A stretch of 64,000 nt of DNA from Lama guanicoe (lineage: Eukaryota). Under the pieces are notes generated by a model that worked only from the letters and a program-made list of their open reading frames with translations, had not been told where the DNA came from and ran no database searches. Positions 47,592 through 59,945 of this stretch are shown one piece after another (the first letter of the stretch is position 1; each line of letters opens with the position of its first letter). Both the position numbers and the translations under genes were made by a program. The stretch covers positions 4,020,677 to 4,084,676 of the forward strand of contig MU054117.1 in NCBI GenBank assembly GCA_013239625.1, in the 5' to 3' direction.

Positions 47592-49799
47592 TACATTAAG
47601 TTAATTAACAAGTCAATAAGTTACTTTTTCCTTGAACTCGTTTGACTTCTGTCATTTGCAACTAAAAAGGTTATCATTAATATGCTCTCTTATGTTTTTC
47701 TCTTTCCCTTGGTTTACGTTTCATCTTCAAGAGCGTGAGGAGACACATCCTCTTATTCACCGTCGCAACCCCGATGCCAAGGAGGGTGTCTGCTCACTGC
47801 ATGTCTGTATATGTGTTACTTGGTCCCGTCTTGGTCAAGCCACTCAAGACAGAAGTGGGGAGGGAAGTTCTTGGCCTTCAGTAGCTCCAAATTAGGGGTA
47901 TTCTTGGTCAATTCTGAACTGCCACTCTACCACTTTCTCTCTTATCTCCACTAACCCAACCTGTCTCTTTAAAATGAAACAGCAGAGGTAGCTGTGCAGG
48001 TGGCCTCAAGCCAAGGAGTCTTGCCAATGTGGCTAGAGAAGTCGGGGTGAAGAGAGAGGATCTGGACACTGACACCAGCAGTCTCCTGGGCTCTTCTGAA
48101 GCCCCCATCTCCTTCTATGGGGACCTGACAATTTACCAGTTCTCAGCTGAGGATACTGTGTTCTGTTCTTCTTAGTAGAGTGAAGTTTTTGGATCTAAAA
48201 AGAAACTCAAACCTTCTGTGAACAACAGATGGGAAAGATGAGAGAGCTCAGGAAGATAACCAGTGCCAGTGTGGTCCTGGGGGATGGATGACGGAAGGGA
48301 AATTAGGTTCAGGAGTAAGAAGTCCACGGACCCAGCCAGTCACCTGCGAGAGGAGGTGGCTCCAAGTGACTTCCTCATGGCGAGTGGCAGACTAGTGCCT
48401 GGCAGGTAGCTGCTGACACCAGCCAGCCTGGTTCTGGGGCAGGAAGAAAGGATCAAAGTTTGACCTGGAGGAGGGAGTTCCTGAAATCATGTTACTTCTG
48501 AGTCAGGAACATAAACACATCGATGTGTGAGTGTGATGCATGAACACACACACACAAGACACGGTACAACATACACCTGTCTCCTCCAGATGGTTTAGAA
48601 AAGGGTTCCGCACCATAGACCACCCTAGAAGTCTGTTGAAGCCCAAAGACTTATCTCCTAAGAATGCTTTTAAAAAACACAGACTGTAATGAAACACACA
48701 GGATGCCAAACGAAACCAATGACATGGAAGCCTAGTTACCAAGATACAATGGGAAACGTGTGAGAAAGAGTGTCTTTGGTGATGCATTAAACAACGAGAT
48801 TGCCACTGTCCTAAAAACCGTTCCTTCCTGGGGTGATGAGTACATTGGTATTTTGTGACATTCGCAACAATCAAAATGTGACATGAAACTGTGAACTCTG
48901 TGGGTGACAAAGTCCCCAGCACCACTAGCAATAATGTAGCTTGTCGCCTGTACTCAAAATAGGGTGTGCTGCAGTTTGGTTAGAGGTTGGTAAAATAAAG
49001 ATGTCATTTCCCCATCCAAGTTCTTGGGTGAGTTCTATCCAAACATCCCTTGGGAGTCATGGAATCGTGGCTAAGAACACTTCATTTAGAGATAGTCCAA
49101 CTGAATTCAGAGAAAAGCCTTCATGTTTGGGATCCCATCTTGCCCCATTGATTCACACCAAAACGACCCAGCTATTCAGCGTTTGACTCAAGGAGACCAG
49201 CTGCTACCTGCTGGGCTGCTCTGCCCAGTGTGCCAGGAAACCAGACTGGGCTTTGAATATGCATGATCTGGGTTCGTGCTTGTCACTTCTCCCAGATCAT
49301 CACAGAAGGCCTGGTGGCACAGATGGGGCCTGCTCTGTGCCCTCCAACTCTGCAGGCCTGGGAGTCATCCCAGCAGGAGCAGTGGTACCGATCCCCGCTC
49401 CCACCCCCATCTCCAGCCCCTGCCTGGCTCCATGTCCCCCACCTACTCTTGTGCCCTTGAAGTTGTATGTCCATCTGAGGACCACCACGTCCCTGTAAGG
49501 GTGAGAGAAGAGGAGGAACCAACTCTATACATCTGAGAAGTGCGAGACGTGATGAGCACTCTGTAGGTCCTGTCACCCCAGCCCTTTGGCATGAGTTATC
49601 ATCCAGAGGCCCCGAGACTTTCAGTTGCGTCAGCTGAAGCCCAGGTTGGTGGAGTCACGAGCAGATTCCGCAGACTGAAAGCCCACCGACTCCCTGAAAC
49701 GGCACGTGCCCTCTGGGGACAGCTCTTACTCTCAACAAGCTCCTCCTTGTTCTGAGATTGAGCCTAGCGAGCAGGGCGGTTGGTCCTCATGACTAGTTT

Positions 49800-51550
49800 A
49801 TTTAACAACAGTGATCATTCACTCACACAGGCAACGACTGCATCAGGTACGTCCGCTGGTGAAGGCCCTGGGGCTGCAGCGGAGACAGAAACCAAGCTCC
49901 TTCCCTCTTGAAAATCAAATTTTGGTGGAGAAGTCAGAAAATGAAACACAAGCAAGTGGACAGAGTGTGTATCAGATTATTGCAAGAACTCTGGAGAACC
50001 ACGCTGAGCAGGGAGACGTGGGTGTTGGGGAGGCTCTGGTGGTCACAGCGGGCTTCTCTGAGAAGATGAAATTTGAGTAAAGGTCTGCAGAACTGAGCAG
50101 AAGAGCCACGTGGAGAAGAGCATCCCCCACAGGGACGCTTGGTACTTGGCAGGAAGGAGGCCAGCGGGGCAGGAGCAGAGTGAACAGAAGAAAATGCGAG
50201 AAACAGCACTGCTGCTCAGCCAATATGTGCCTGTAGAGGAGTCCTGATCATTAAAATACTGAAAACCTTTCAAACTAATTGGTAAATAGCCCCTTTTCCA
50301 AACTCTCAAATGCCACCCACCTCTACCTGGCCACAAAGCCCTCCCCCCGGGAACTTCTGACATCCAGCAACTCCGGGGTGATGCCTGGCATAGCAGGACA
50401 CCTTCTGGCCCTCCCTCCAGCCTTAGGGTGGGCACCCGTCCAGCTTAGCGCCCACGCGGCCTCATTCTGTGCCATTGAACGTTCTGAATACCTCCCTGTG
50501 CAGCGAAGTCAGAGAGGAAGCAGGATCTGGATCAAGTGGTCAAGACTTTGTTTTTTACTTTGAACAAGAATTGGGTTGGTGGGGGTGGGGGTTGGAAGTT
50601 TAGCGCAGAGGGAGGGCACGGGCGGTTTCCAGGTTTAAACACCTGATCCAGCTGCAGGGGAGAATGCAGAAAATAGACAGTGGGAAGCAGGGAGCCCGGG
50701 AGGCTATTGGCATCGCCCTGCAGCGGTGACACTGGTTTAGAAGGGGCAGGGTCATGAAATAAAGAGAGGAGGTAAGGACAAGGCCAAATTTTTGATCTGA
50801 GCAACTGAAAAGATGGAGTTTCCATCAACAGAGCTGAGGAAGGCTGTGGGTGGCCTCTCGGTCTTTGCCTGGCATTTGGATGAAAGACGGACTCTTTGGA
50901 CTGAGAAAGACATCAGAGGGTTGGACAATGAAAGGGTTTTCACCTGAGGAATTGCAAAGCAGAGTCACTATATGCTGTGATGGGAATCCAGCAGGAGAAA
51001 TGTAGTTGGGGTGGTATTAAATTTGAGATCCAATGCCCAATAGTCAGTTAGAGATAAATGTTTGGAGTTTGTATTAAAAACCCTGCCACCGGGATGAGAA
51101 ATAATGAAGTAAGGGCGGGGAGAGAAAAGACAAGATTCAAGGAATAAGCCTGGGGTGGGTGTAAAAACCAAAATCAAGAGAGAGGGATGCCCTGCATTCA
51201 GATTAAGAACGTATGTCAAGGAGGAGGGAGCAACTGACTGCAGCAAATGCTGGTGGTTATCACCTAAGGCAAAGGCCACCGAGGGCCACCGCTGGATGGA
51301 GCTACCCTGACAAGCTGTGGGGCTGAGAGCCAGATGATGAAGGCTCAGGAGAGGACAGGAGAAAATTCTCCCCAGTGGAGGCAATTAAGATTTACAACAC
51401 TCTGGAGGCATTTTGCTCTGAAGGGGAGCAGATAAATGGGGCAATAATTGAAGGGAGGAGTTCTATATTTATTTTAAGATGGGAGATAATCACTGCTTGT
51501 TTGGAAGCCGATCAGAATGACCGAAGAGAGGAAACCCGGTGATGCGGGAG
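49800..51550 (-). mobile_element. LINE-2 fragments (discontinuous)
   Basis: ggcttctctgagaagatgaaatttgag, tctgagcaactgaaaagatggagtttccatcaacagag, gagataaatgtttggagtt, gccagatgatgaagg. Confidence 0.65.
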
Positions 51551-52093
51551 GGGCCGACTGCGCCCTGGAACAGAAGAGGGGCGGGGTCTGCGTGAAGGGG
51601 CGTGGCCAGCCGGGGGCGCGCTGGAGGGCAGCTGCGCAGGCTCGGGGTCCACGGGTAGAGGTTGTCCTCTACTGGCTCCTGCCTTCTCAGTGAAGGGGAG
51701 TGAGGATGAAGGAGGAGCTGCTGCAGGTTTCAGGGGAGACAAGACACAGGGAAATAGTTACCCAGCCAAGTGGGAGAGTGAATGGATGAGAAGACGTCCA
51801 GCCACCCTTCCCAGGATAGGGTGGTCCAAGCTTTCCCACGCCTGGTTCCTGCGAAGGCGCCGTTCAGTTTCCCCACAGAAGGAACGGAGGGTAAAGCACA
51901 GAGCTTCCCACGAGGTGTCCTAAGCTCCTTGAAGACGAGGATGGACGCCCCTCGCCCCTGCACCTCCACGGGCCCAGAACGCCGTGTGCAGACCTGTGCC
52001 TGCCGCTCCGTGGGAGACCCCCGGCCCTGATGGACCTCAGCCGCCCTTTGCCACAGTGACTGCAATCCTCCTATCAAAGCTTCTTTTCATCTT

Positions 52094-52305
52094 TTTTTTT
52101 CTTATTTTTTTTATTGGAGTACAGTTGATTTCCAGTGTTAGTTTCAGGTGTACAGCAAAGTGATTCAGCTCTACTATAATACATACATACGTATTTTTTC
52201 AGTTTCTTTTCCACTATGGCTCATTACAAGAAGTTGAATAGAGTTCCCTGTGCTAGACAGTAGGTCCTTGTTGCTTATTTTATACACAGTGGTATCTGTT
52301 AATCC
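52094..52305 (-). mobile_element. Short LINE-1 3' end with 9-bp TSD
   Basis: Poly(T) then ttattggagtacagttgatt...ttgaatagagttccctgtgctagacagtaggtccttgttg; flanked by tttcatctt at 52085-52093 and 52306-52314. Confidence 0.85.
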
Positions 52306-52314
52306 TTTCATCTT

Positions 52315-53095
52315 AACAGTTTAAAATTATAGCACATGCAGCATAAACACAATAAGGTACAGAACCCCGAAGCACAGGAAACCACCATCCAAGTTAGGGG
52401 CACAGAACATTCTGGGCCCTGAGAAGACACCTCATGCCCTCAGAAGTTTTGCTCCTACCGAGAATCGGGGACCTCCAAAAGTAGCCAGTACTCTTGTTTT
52501 TTATTTAAAAAAACAAAAACAAACAAAACCTTTTTTGTTTTCCTTTGGGGGGATAATTAGGTTTGTTTGTTTGTTTGTTTGTTTATTTATTTATTTATTA
52601 ATGGAAGGACTAGGGATTGAACTCAGGACCTCATGCATGCTAAGTACATGCTCTACCACTGAGCTATAACTAACCCCCTATAAAAATACTTTTTTAAAAG
52701 CATTTTTGACCTGTGTGTAAATGGGATTATACTGTAAATATCTGATACATCTGACTTGTTTTGCTCAGTATTCCATATGAGAGATTCATTCCTATGGTTG
52801 CATGTAGCAGAGTTTGTATTTTTCTTTGCTGTGTAGTATTCCATGCCATGAATTTACCATGGTTTATTTATCCATGTACTGCTGATGGACATGGAGTTTG
52901 TTGCCAGTTTGGGACTATTACAAATCATGCTTATATGAGCATTTTTAAATCTGTCTTGAATTTGACAAATACATGTATATCTATTGGGTATATTCTGGGG
53001 AGTGGGCTCTTAAAAATAGGCCCTCGGGAATGTGTATATTCATGTTCAGACAAACAGCACACAGTTTTCTAAAGTGGTTATGCCAATTTATGATG
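52315..53095 (-). mobile_element. Ancient LINE-1 (L1ME-like) 3' fragment, interrupted by a SINE
   Basis: aaccaccatccaag, gagattcattcctatggttgcatgtagc, tgtgtagtattccat, gatggacatggagtttgttgccagtttgggactattacaaat, acagttttctaaagtggttatgcca. Confidence 0.8.
52531..52678 (-). mobile_element. tRNA-derived SINE (Vic-1-like) inserted in an older L1
   Basis: Reverse complement of the same SINE: taattagg(ttt[g/a])n...gggattgaactcaggacctcatgcatgctaag...ctctaccactgagctata. Confidence 0.88.
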
Positions 53096-54980
53096 TATGA
53101 CATTATACTGTAGAAATATACAGTAATTCCTGCTTTTGAGCCTTAATTTTTTCAGAATTCAGAAGGCCCTTTATAAATGACTTTGCTCATCTTGAGAAGA
53201 GAAATAATTGAAGCCTGGGACAGTTAGTATCGTCAGCATGCTTACCCAGGACCCGAAATGGGATGTTATGGGCTCCAGGTGGCGGTGGGAGGAGCTAGAC
53301 ATGGTGTGGGGATCAGAAGAGGCCTGGTTGGGATGGGCAAGTAAGAGGGCGCCAGAGACAAGGTGCCTGTTCTGCCAAGGCCGGCCCCGCAGAGAGACCA
53401 GCAGATCCTCTGCCTGTGGGGTCGGACAGCCCTTCAAGCTCAAAGCACACTGACCCCCTCACTCCCTCCCTCCCATCCTTTATTTCTCTCCTCCTGATCA
53501 TCCACTTCTGGTTCATTAACTATGAACAATTAGTAATAATTAATAATCATAACCCATTCATTATGTCTTTTTGGGAAATGGTGCAAATGGTTTTTGGAAA
53601 GATGCATGATGCAAACAGAACCTGAAATTAGGACCCTGTATTAAATGTACTTTTGACCCTGTATTAAATTAATATATAATCAAGGATCTTCTAAGAATGA
53701 ACTAGTAAAAAATAAAAGATTAGAGACTCTCTTTTTGCGATAGGCCAGGCTCTCCCATGAGCAGATTTGTGGGAAACAGGAGGAGGGACACGTGACCCCT
53801 CTGGGTTATTCTGAGTCCTGAGGGGAAGGAGAGTGGGCCAGAGCCATGGGCCTCCCTCCTGGGAGGAGGCAGGGAAGGGTCAAGATGCCCTGAGAAGCAA
53901 GTGCAGTCCTTGCAACCTGAGCTCCAGCTCTCCGTGGAGTTCTCACCTACGTCCACCTGTGTGTCTCCAGCTCTAGAACAGGGCCCCAGAAAATGCTGCC
54001 GAGAGATGCTCTGATCTCCCTGCTGGGAACGTCTAGGAAGAAGCACCAAGAAATCACCTGCTGCTCTAATAAATCCGCCCTAACTCTTCAGTAGTTTCAC
54101 ACGGTTAGAAGCGGATCCCTGACTCTCAGAAAGGCCCAGTGTAAGTGCTCCCAGTAGCAAGACTCCAATTCAGGGCTCACTCTCCTTCTCTCGCAGCTCT
54201 GCATCCAAGTGGGAGGAGGGCAGAGTCGTGGAGAAGGCTCACTCTCCTTTGAAAACCTTGACCTGGAAGCCTCTCACATTAACCCCCAAGGAGAACCGGT
54301 TTTTTGGCCACACCGACTTCAAGGGGGAGCGGGAGGTGTGGTCTACACCAGACATCTCTACAAGACTCATTGCTTCCCACTGATTTATGCAGATTCACTA
54401 TATCATGCCGGATGCCTCCCTCGCCATTGATTCTATTTTTCCTAACAGGGCTCAGACCACCAGTTTTGCATCTGGAGAAGACTCAGTTAACTGCCCTGGA
54501 CCAGTTTAAATGGCCCCTCAACAGCTCAACAGCTTCCCTGCCCACCAAGACTTTTTGGTCACAAGTTTAGCACTTGGCATTGCCTCCCGAGAACGTTGCC
54601 TTCTCAAATGCATCTGCCTGGTTGCACATCTAAATCCCGGTAGCTTCATGCCTCTGTGCCCCCTCTTAACACCAACACGCAGAAAGAAAATGCTCAGCGC
54701 AGACTTGTCAACTAATAGATTAGCAAGATGAGAGTCTAACACTCGCAAAAAAAAAAAAAATCTCCTGGACCAATGCTCCCTTACACGCCTGCATCCACAT
54801 GTAACTCAAAGAGTCAGCCTCTTCTGCTGCATCCAGGCAGCCGAGACAACGAGATTAGAACCGACTTTCATCCCCATTCCACTGCTTATCTCCCCCTTGT
54901 TGTCACAGGAACAACTCACAAAAGAACATCTAAGCGGAGAGAAAATTTGGAAGAAAGAATTTATGATTCCCACAGCGTGA

Positions 54981-54984
<4 letters not shown>

Positions 54985-55015
<31 letters not shown>
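54985..55015. repeat. (GT)15 microsatellite
   Basis: Read directly. Confidence 0.95.
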
Positions 55016-55016
<1 letters not shown>

Positions 55017-57880
55017 TGGGGAAACGGGGAGAGGCCTGAGGAAAGAGCACTTGCGCTGCCCCCAATCTTAAGTGTCAGAGGAAGTCAGCTGGCCCCGGGA
55101 TAGGTGGTCCCTGAGATGGGGGAGAGAGCAAAGAGCACGCGCCAGACATGAACCCCTTCTCCAGGGGTCTTCTCAGCGAGGCAGCAGGAGCCCGCTGCCG
55201 GGTGCTGCGGCCACCTGGCTAAAAGCGTGAGCCAGTGCGCTGCCGGGGAGAGAGCCCTGGACCTGGTGGTGCAGGAGGCCGACCTACTAGACCGAGGTAG
55301 GCCTCTGCCCCTCCTCTGCGAAGTGGAGATGGTAACTCTCTGCCGCCATCAGATCCAGAGAGGCTCGGAGGGCAGCTTCCGTGAGGCGAGGAGCAGACCT
55401 GCCAGCAAGAGGCTTTTCTAACAAGTAGATTCCCAACTAATACCTGGGAACGTTGTGATCAACTCTCCCAAGGCTGCAGCATCCGGGACCCACAGCCTGC
55501 GAATGTTAAAGGGGCTTGAGAAGTGAAGCTAGAACCACCGCCTCCTTTCCTAGATCAGACACACCTCATTTCAGAGCACACGGGTCACAGGCTGGGACTG
55601 CAGGGGGCCGTTCTGCGTCTCTGCCTGGGGGGCTCGGGGCTGTCGGGGAAGACTTCCAGGAGCCAAGCTTACGTGCGGACCCTCAGACCACCTAGAAGAT
55701 GTGACAGAGCTTGGGGACCTCGTGCCAGCTTCCTGTGGGCCACGCTGAACCCCCCTGTGACCAGGCCTGGCCAATATAGTAACATCACGCCCGTGACCAC
55801 TGGGAGTGGCCCAGGGATAGGCTTGTCACCCAGTGCGAGTTTTCCCCCGGTTTTTATGGATAAACGCAGGTGAATGCTCCCTCTCCCTGCTTTTCGCAGT
55901 CACAAAACTGGGAGGTTGTAAACATAGGGCTGCCCTCAGCCGTCCCGCCCCACCTCACGCCACAGGAGCGAGCGAAGGGGGAGAGGGGGACTGTCTCATC
56001 TGGGTCCTCCTTAACCCGCGTCCCTGCTTCCCTCCCAGGGTGAAGCGATGGCTGGGGCAGCTCTGCTGGCCTTGAGGAGAGAAGCGGTTCTTCTCTTGAT
56101 CCGGGAGGAGGAGCCTGGGGTTTGCTCCACTGTCCTCCAACCTCGCCCCTCCCCGTGCAGCGAGGAGCACCCTGTGGATGTCGGGACCCCGGCCCATTCC
56201 CAAGGGAGCGTGCCTTCCTCTCTGGGTCTGTCCTCCCCACGGCAGACTGCACGGCCGGGGGCACCCCCCAGCCCAGATGCACCCCCAGACGATGATCAGG
56301 GAAGGCCTCTCTGGGGAAGGAATATTTGAGAAGAGACCCAAACAGAGTGAGGGAACTAGCCATGGGAGAAGCAGCAAAGGACACGCGGGCACAGAGGCCC
56401 CGGGGGAGAAAAGAGTGAAGCCACGGGGCTGCCCCCGACTCCTGAGAACTCCTGCCAAAGCCACCCCAGGCCACTGGGGCATCCTTCCTGGTGGTTTTGG
56501 GATTCCACCCTCTAAGAGCAATTTTGAATCAGATACACTCTGCACTCAACTTCCATGTAGCTAGTCCGTTGCCACCATCACGTATTCCCTGCACCAATCT
56601 CACTGTGACCCAGGGTAAAGATGCTGGCCTGGGGCTGGCCACCTGCAGCCGCAGGAGGCGTGGTGTTGGAAGGCTGGGCTGCATCATCTGTCCCGTTGCC
56701 CTTCTGTCTTTCCTGGAACATGGTTTCCCTTCATCTCGGACTAATTTATTCCAGACCCCAAGTTCATCTGCCCATGAGCTTGGTGTTGGCCCACCGTCTG
56801 GGACAAGTTTGATATGGTTTCTGGCCTGGAGACAGTGGGATACGTAAGGTGACCTCGGGACGGGTGCCCGGACCACGAGAATTATCAGTGTGTCTCTGAG
56901 GCACCTCACCACCCACTGGGCCAGAGTTTCTACCATCTTGGAGTTCTTTCCCCGCAGGAGGGAGCGAGGGGATGGACCTGAATTAAGTGCAGGCAGGGAA
57001 AGTGATGTAAGCACTGTCCCCTCTCTCCGGAAGAGATGGCTAGCCTGCAGAAGACGGCAGGTGTTCATGGAAACGGGCTGCTTGGTACTTAAATCCATCA
57101 TGTGTATCAGTCGCCTTGACTGCGGACGGCTCTCGGCCCCTCAGTCTCCCTGGGAAAGTGCCCTGATGGGCTTATTCATCAGATCACAGTAAAGGCAGAG
57201 CATCTCCAGGGCTTTGGGGATGTGACGAAGGGTCGTCTGTGACTAACATATTCCCTCGGGACCAGGTGAGAACTAATTACCTCTTCCTTCAGGAAGAGAC
57301 CAGGATTTGGGGGAGGAGGCAGGAGAAGGGGGACACGAGACCCTGGGGACACGCCCATCTTTGCCTTCGCTGCAGTCTTGTCAGGAAATCTGGAAGGTCC
57401 CGAATTGTTTGCTAAGATTTCCGCAGAGAAGCCAAGTTGACAGACGCCAGAGCTTTTCCCGTCTTGGATCTCGCTGCGTTCTGGAATCGAGGCAAAGGTA
57501 GGCAGCCCCCGGCTTGTTTCCTTTGGAAGGAGCTCAGCTAATTCCTCTCGGGTGTGTTTACGTTGGCCGCCTGCTCTGACTTGAGAGCCTTGAGCCAAGA
57601 GGGGGCAACCTCCACTCAGAGGCTCGGAGCAAAGCCAAGGGTCCCAGGCTGTGCAGGGGAGGCTCTGGGCGGGTGGGATGCAAGGCAGGTGGAAACTGAC
57701 AAGCCTCCAGAATCGGCCTCGAATCATCCAGGAGCCGGAGCTTTTATGGCGACGTAGTTAAATGTTTGCACCTGGTGCGGCCTGGACACCTACCGATTAC
57801 AGCCTCCAGTGGTCTCCTGCTGGGACAAGCATCACTCCTGTTTTTTTATGTTGTAGTTTCTTCCACTTAACAAGATCCTT

Positions 57881-57990
57881 TTTACTTACTTTATTTTATT
57901 TTATTTTATTATTTTATTTTATCATCTTAAATGAAGCTACTGGGGATTGAACCCAGGACCTCGTGCATGCTACGCACCAAGCATCACTCT
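57881..57990 (-). mobile_element. Truncated tRNA-derived SINE (Vic-1-like)
   Basis: (TTTTA)n tail followed by ctggggattgaacccaggacctcgtgcatgct; the 5' box A part is degraded or missing. Confidence 0.8.
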
Positions 57991-59519
57991 TTTATTCACT
58001 GCCAGCATCGCGGGGAAGACCAGGAGTCCTTGAGGAAGTACCGGGGTGGCTTGAGAATACATGTCGGGGTCTTGGGGGGAACAGTGGTTATTTATAATCT
58101 CGTACAAAGTTATTTCAACGTTTTGTCCCCTGGCCTGGCCCCACTGGTGTGTCATGAGATGCCGGCTCTGATTCTCTTCGGTACAGCTCCGGAGCGTGTG
58201 GCGGCAAGGCCTGGGAAGCGGAGGGCAGCAGCAGGGCATCGGGGCTTTCTGATGGAAGCCTCGTTTCTGACTCTCATCCTAAATACCCCAGCGGGTACTC
58301 CAGCCCCACATTTCTTCTTCCGTCTCTCCCGCCATCCCCGCCTTTACTGCGTGCAGACTGTGTGCCAAGGACCGCGCTAGGCTTTGGAGCCTAATGGCGA
58401 TTAGCACGTGGCCACTTCCCCTACGGGAAACCAGCCCCTGAGTGCGCGTGCGTACCTTTCCGCAGGGCGGGTGCTCTCGCATAGGGCTGCAGGTGCACAG
58501 GCAGAGTTGCGGGGGTTTGGTGATGGACGAGTGAGGGCCTGAGGGTGGGAGAGAGGACAGCGTCCTTGAAATACAGTGTGAAGGAAAAGCCAGCTATTCA
58601 ATGTGTGCAGCCTTGAGTGGGAGCCAAAGGTCAGGCGTAAGACCTTGGGTTTTCTGGCTGCAGCCCAGAAATGAACATTCCAGATGTAGCAGAAGCCCAG
58701 GAAAGGAACACGGGAACACAGAAGAGACAGTGGGTGAGTGTGGCAAAGCAGAGAGCTTACATAATTAAATAATGGGGGAAATGCGGAGGGGGAAATTGGT
58801 GGGTAGCTGGTACAGAGGACATAGCGTGGCCTCCAGGACAGACCAGGTTTCACTTCTGGCTCGTGAACGTGAGCGAATGGGTGTCCTTGAGGGACTTCGA
58901 GAATGTCTTAGAACCCCAGGATTGCATTGGGGTTTTCGTTACAGATCGTTGTAAGGGTTACAGATGGTGAACATGATGCGTCTGGTCTGAAACAGGTCCC
59001 GGTGAGTGTTACATGCCTGCGTATCCATCTCCCTCACTCCCCCTCCCTCTGCCAACCCCAGACTACTCGCAATTTGTATGTAGTTCCCCTTGCAGAACAG
59101 AAGAGGCAATCGGGAAGGTGTTCATGGAGGCAGTTGGCGGACCTCTAAACCTGAGCCCAGGAGGCATGACCACAGTAGCCCAGGTGTCTCCCTACCTGTC
59201 CTGAGAAGCACCATGGAAGGGCGTGTCCAGGGACATGGGGTGAGGCTGATGTAAGCTTGCGGGAGGAGTCCTGGGCTGAGAACTGACAGAGGAGTGCAGA
59301 GGAGTTGGGGGGTGGGGGTGCAGGCGAGGAGAAGGGCGGGCAGCTTGCAGCCACAGCCAGCCTGGAGCCGCCCTCCTGCTCAAAGAGCAGATCACGTACT
59401 CCTGGGGGCCAGTCAGATACTCAGTGAGGCTTTGCAGCCTCTGTCGTTTCAGTATTTTAGTGAATTGATAACCCTTTCGTGCATTACCTGATACAGTCTG
59501 CATATAGTTTCTTTTATAC

Positions 59520-59945
59520 TTATTTTAAATTGAAGTATAGTTGATTTACAATGTCGTGGTATGTAGCACAGTGACTCATTTATACAGATAGATATTCCTT
59601 TTCATACTTTTTTTTTAATTTTTGTATTGTTTCCACTTTTATGATAATTTATTCTCATAACAATCATTTGTGTGGCTAAAAGTAAAAATATAAACTTAAA
59701 ACTCTGAATCCTTTTTTAAATCCTTTTTTTAAATTCAACTTTGACTTCTATTAACATGCCCTTTTTCATTACAGGCTATTGCAAGGTCTCCAGTATCGTT
59801 CCCTACATTATACAGTAGGCCCTTGTTTATTTATCTTGTACACAGTATGTAGTATCTAAAAATCTCAAACTCCAGTTTATCCCTCCCCACCCTCTGGTAA
59901 CTATAAGTTTGTTTTCTACATCTGTGAGTCCATCTCTGGTTTTTT
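59520..59945 (-). mobile_element. LINE-1 3' end interrupted by an approximately 150-bp foreign insert
   Basis: ttgaagtatagttgatttacaatg...gatattccttttcata [insert 59608-59760] ctttttcattacaggctattgcaagg...aactataagtttgttttctacatctgtgagtc. Confidence 0.85.

Noticed and set aside
53632..53669. Short direct repeats (gaccctgtattaaat twice; similar pairs at 4801-4830 and 44782-44815) as a possible CRISPR-like array
   Set aside because: Only two units each in mammalian DNA; ordinary slippage duplications.
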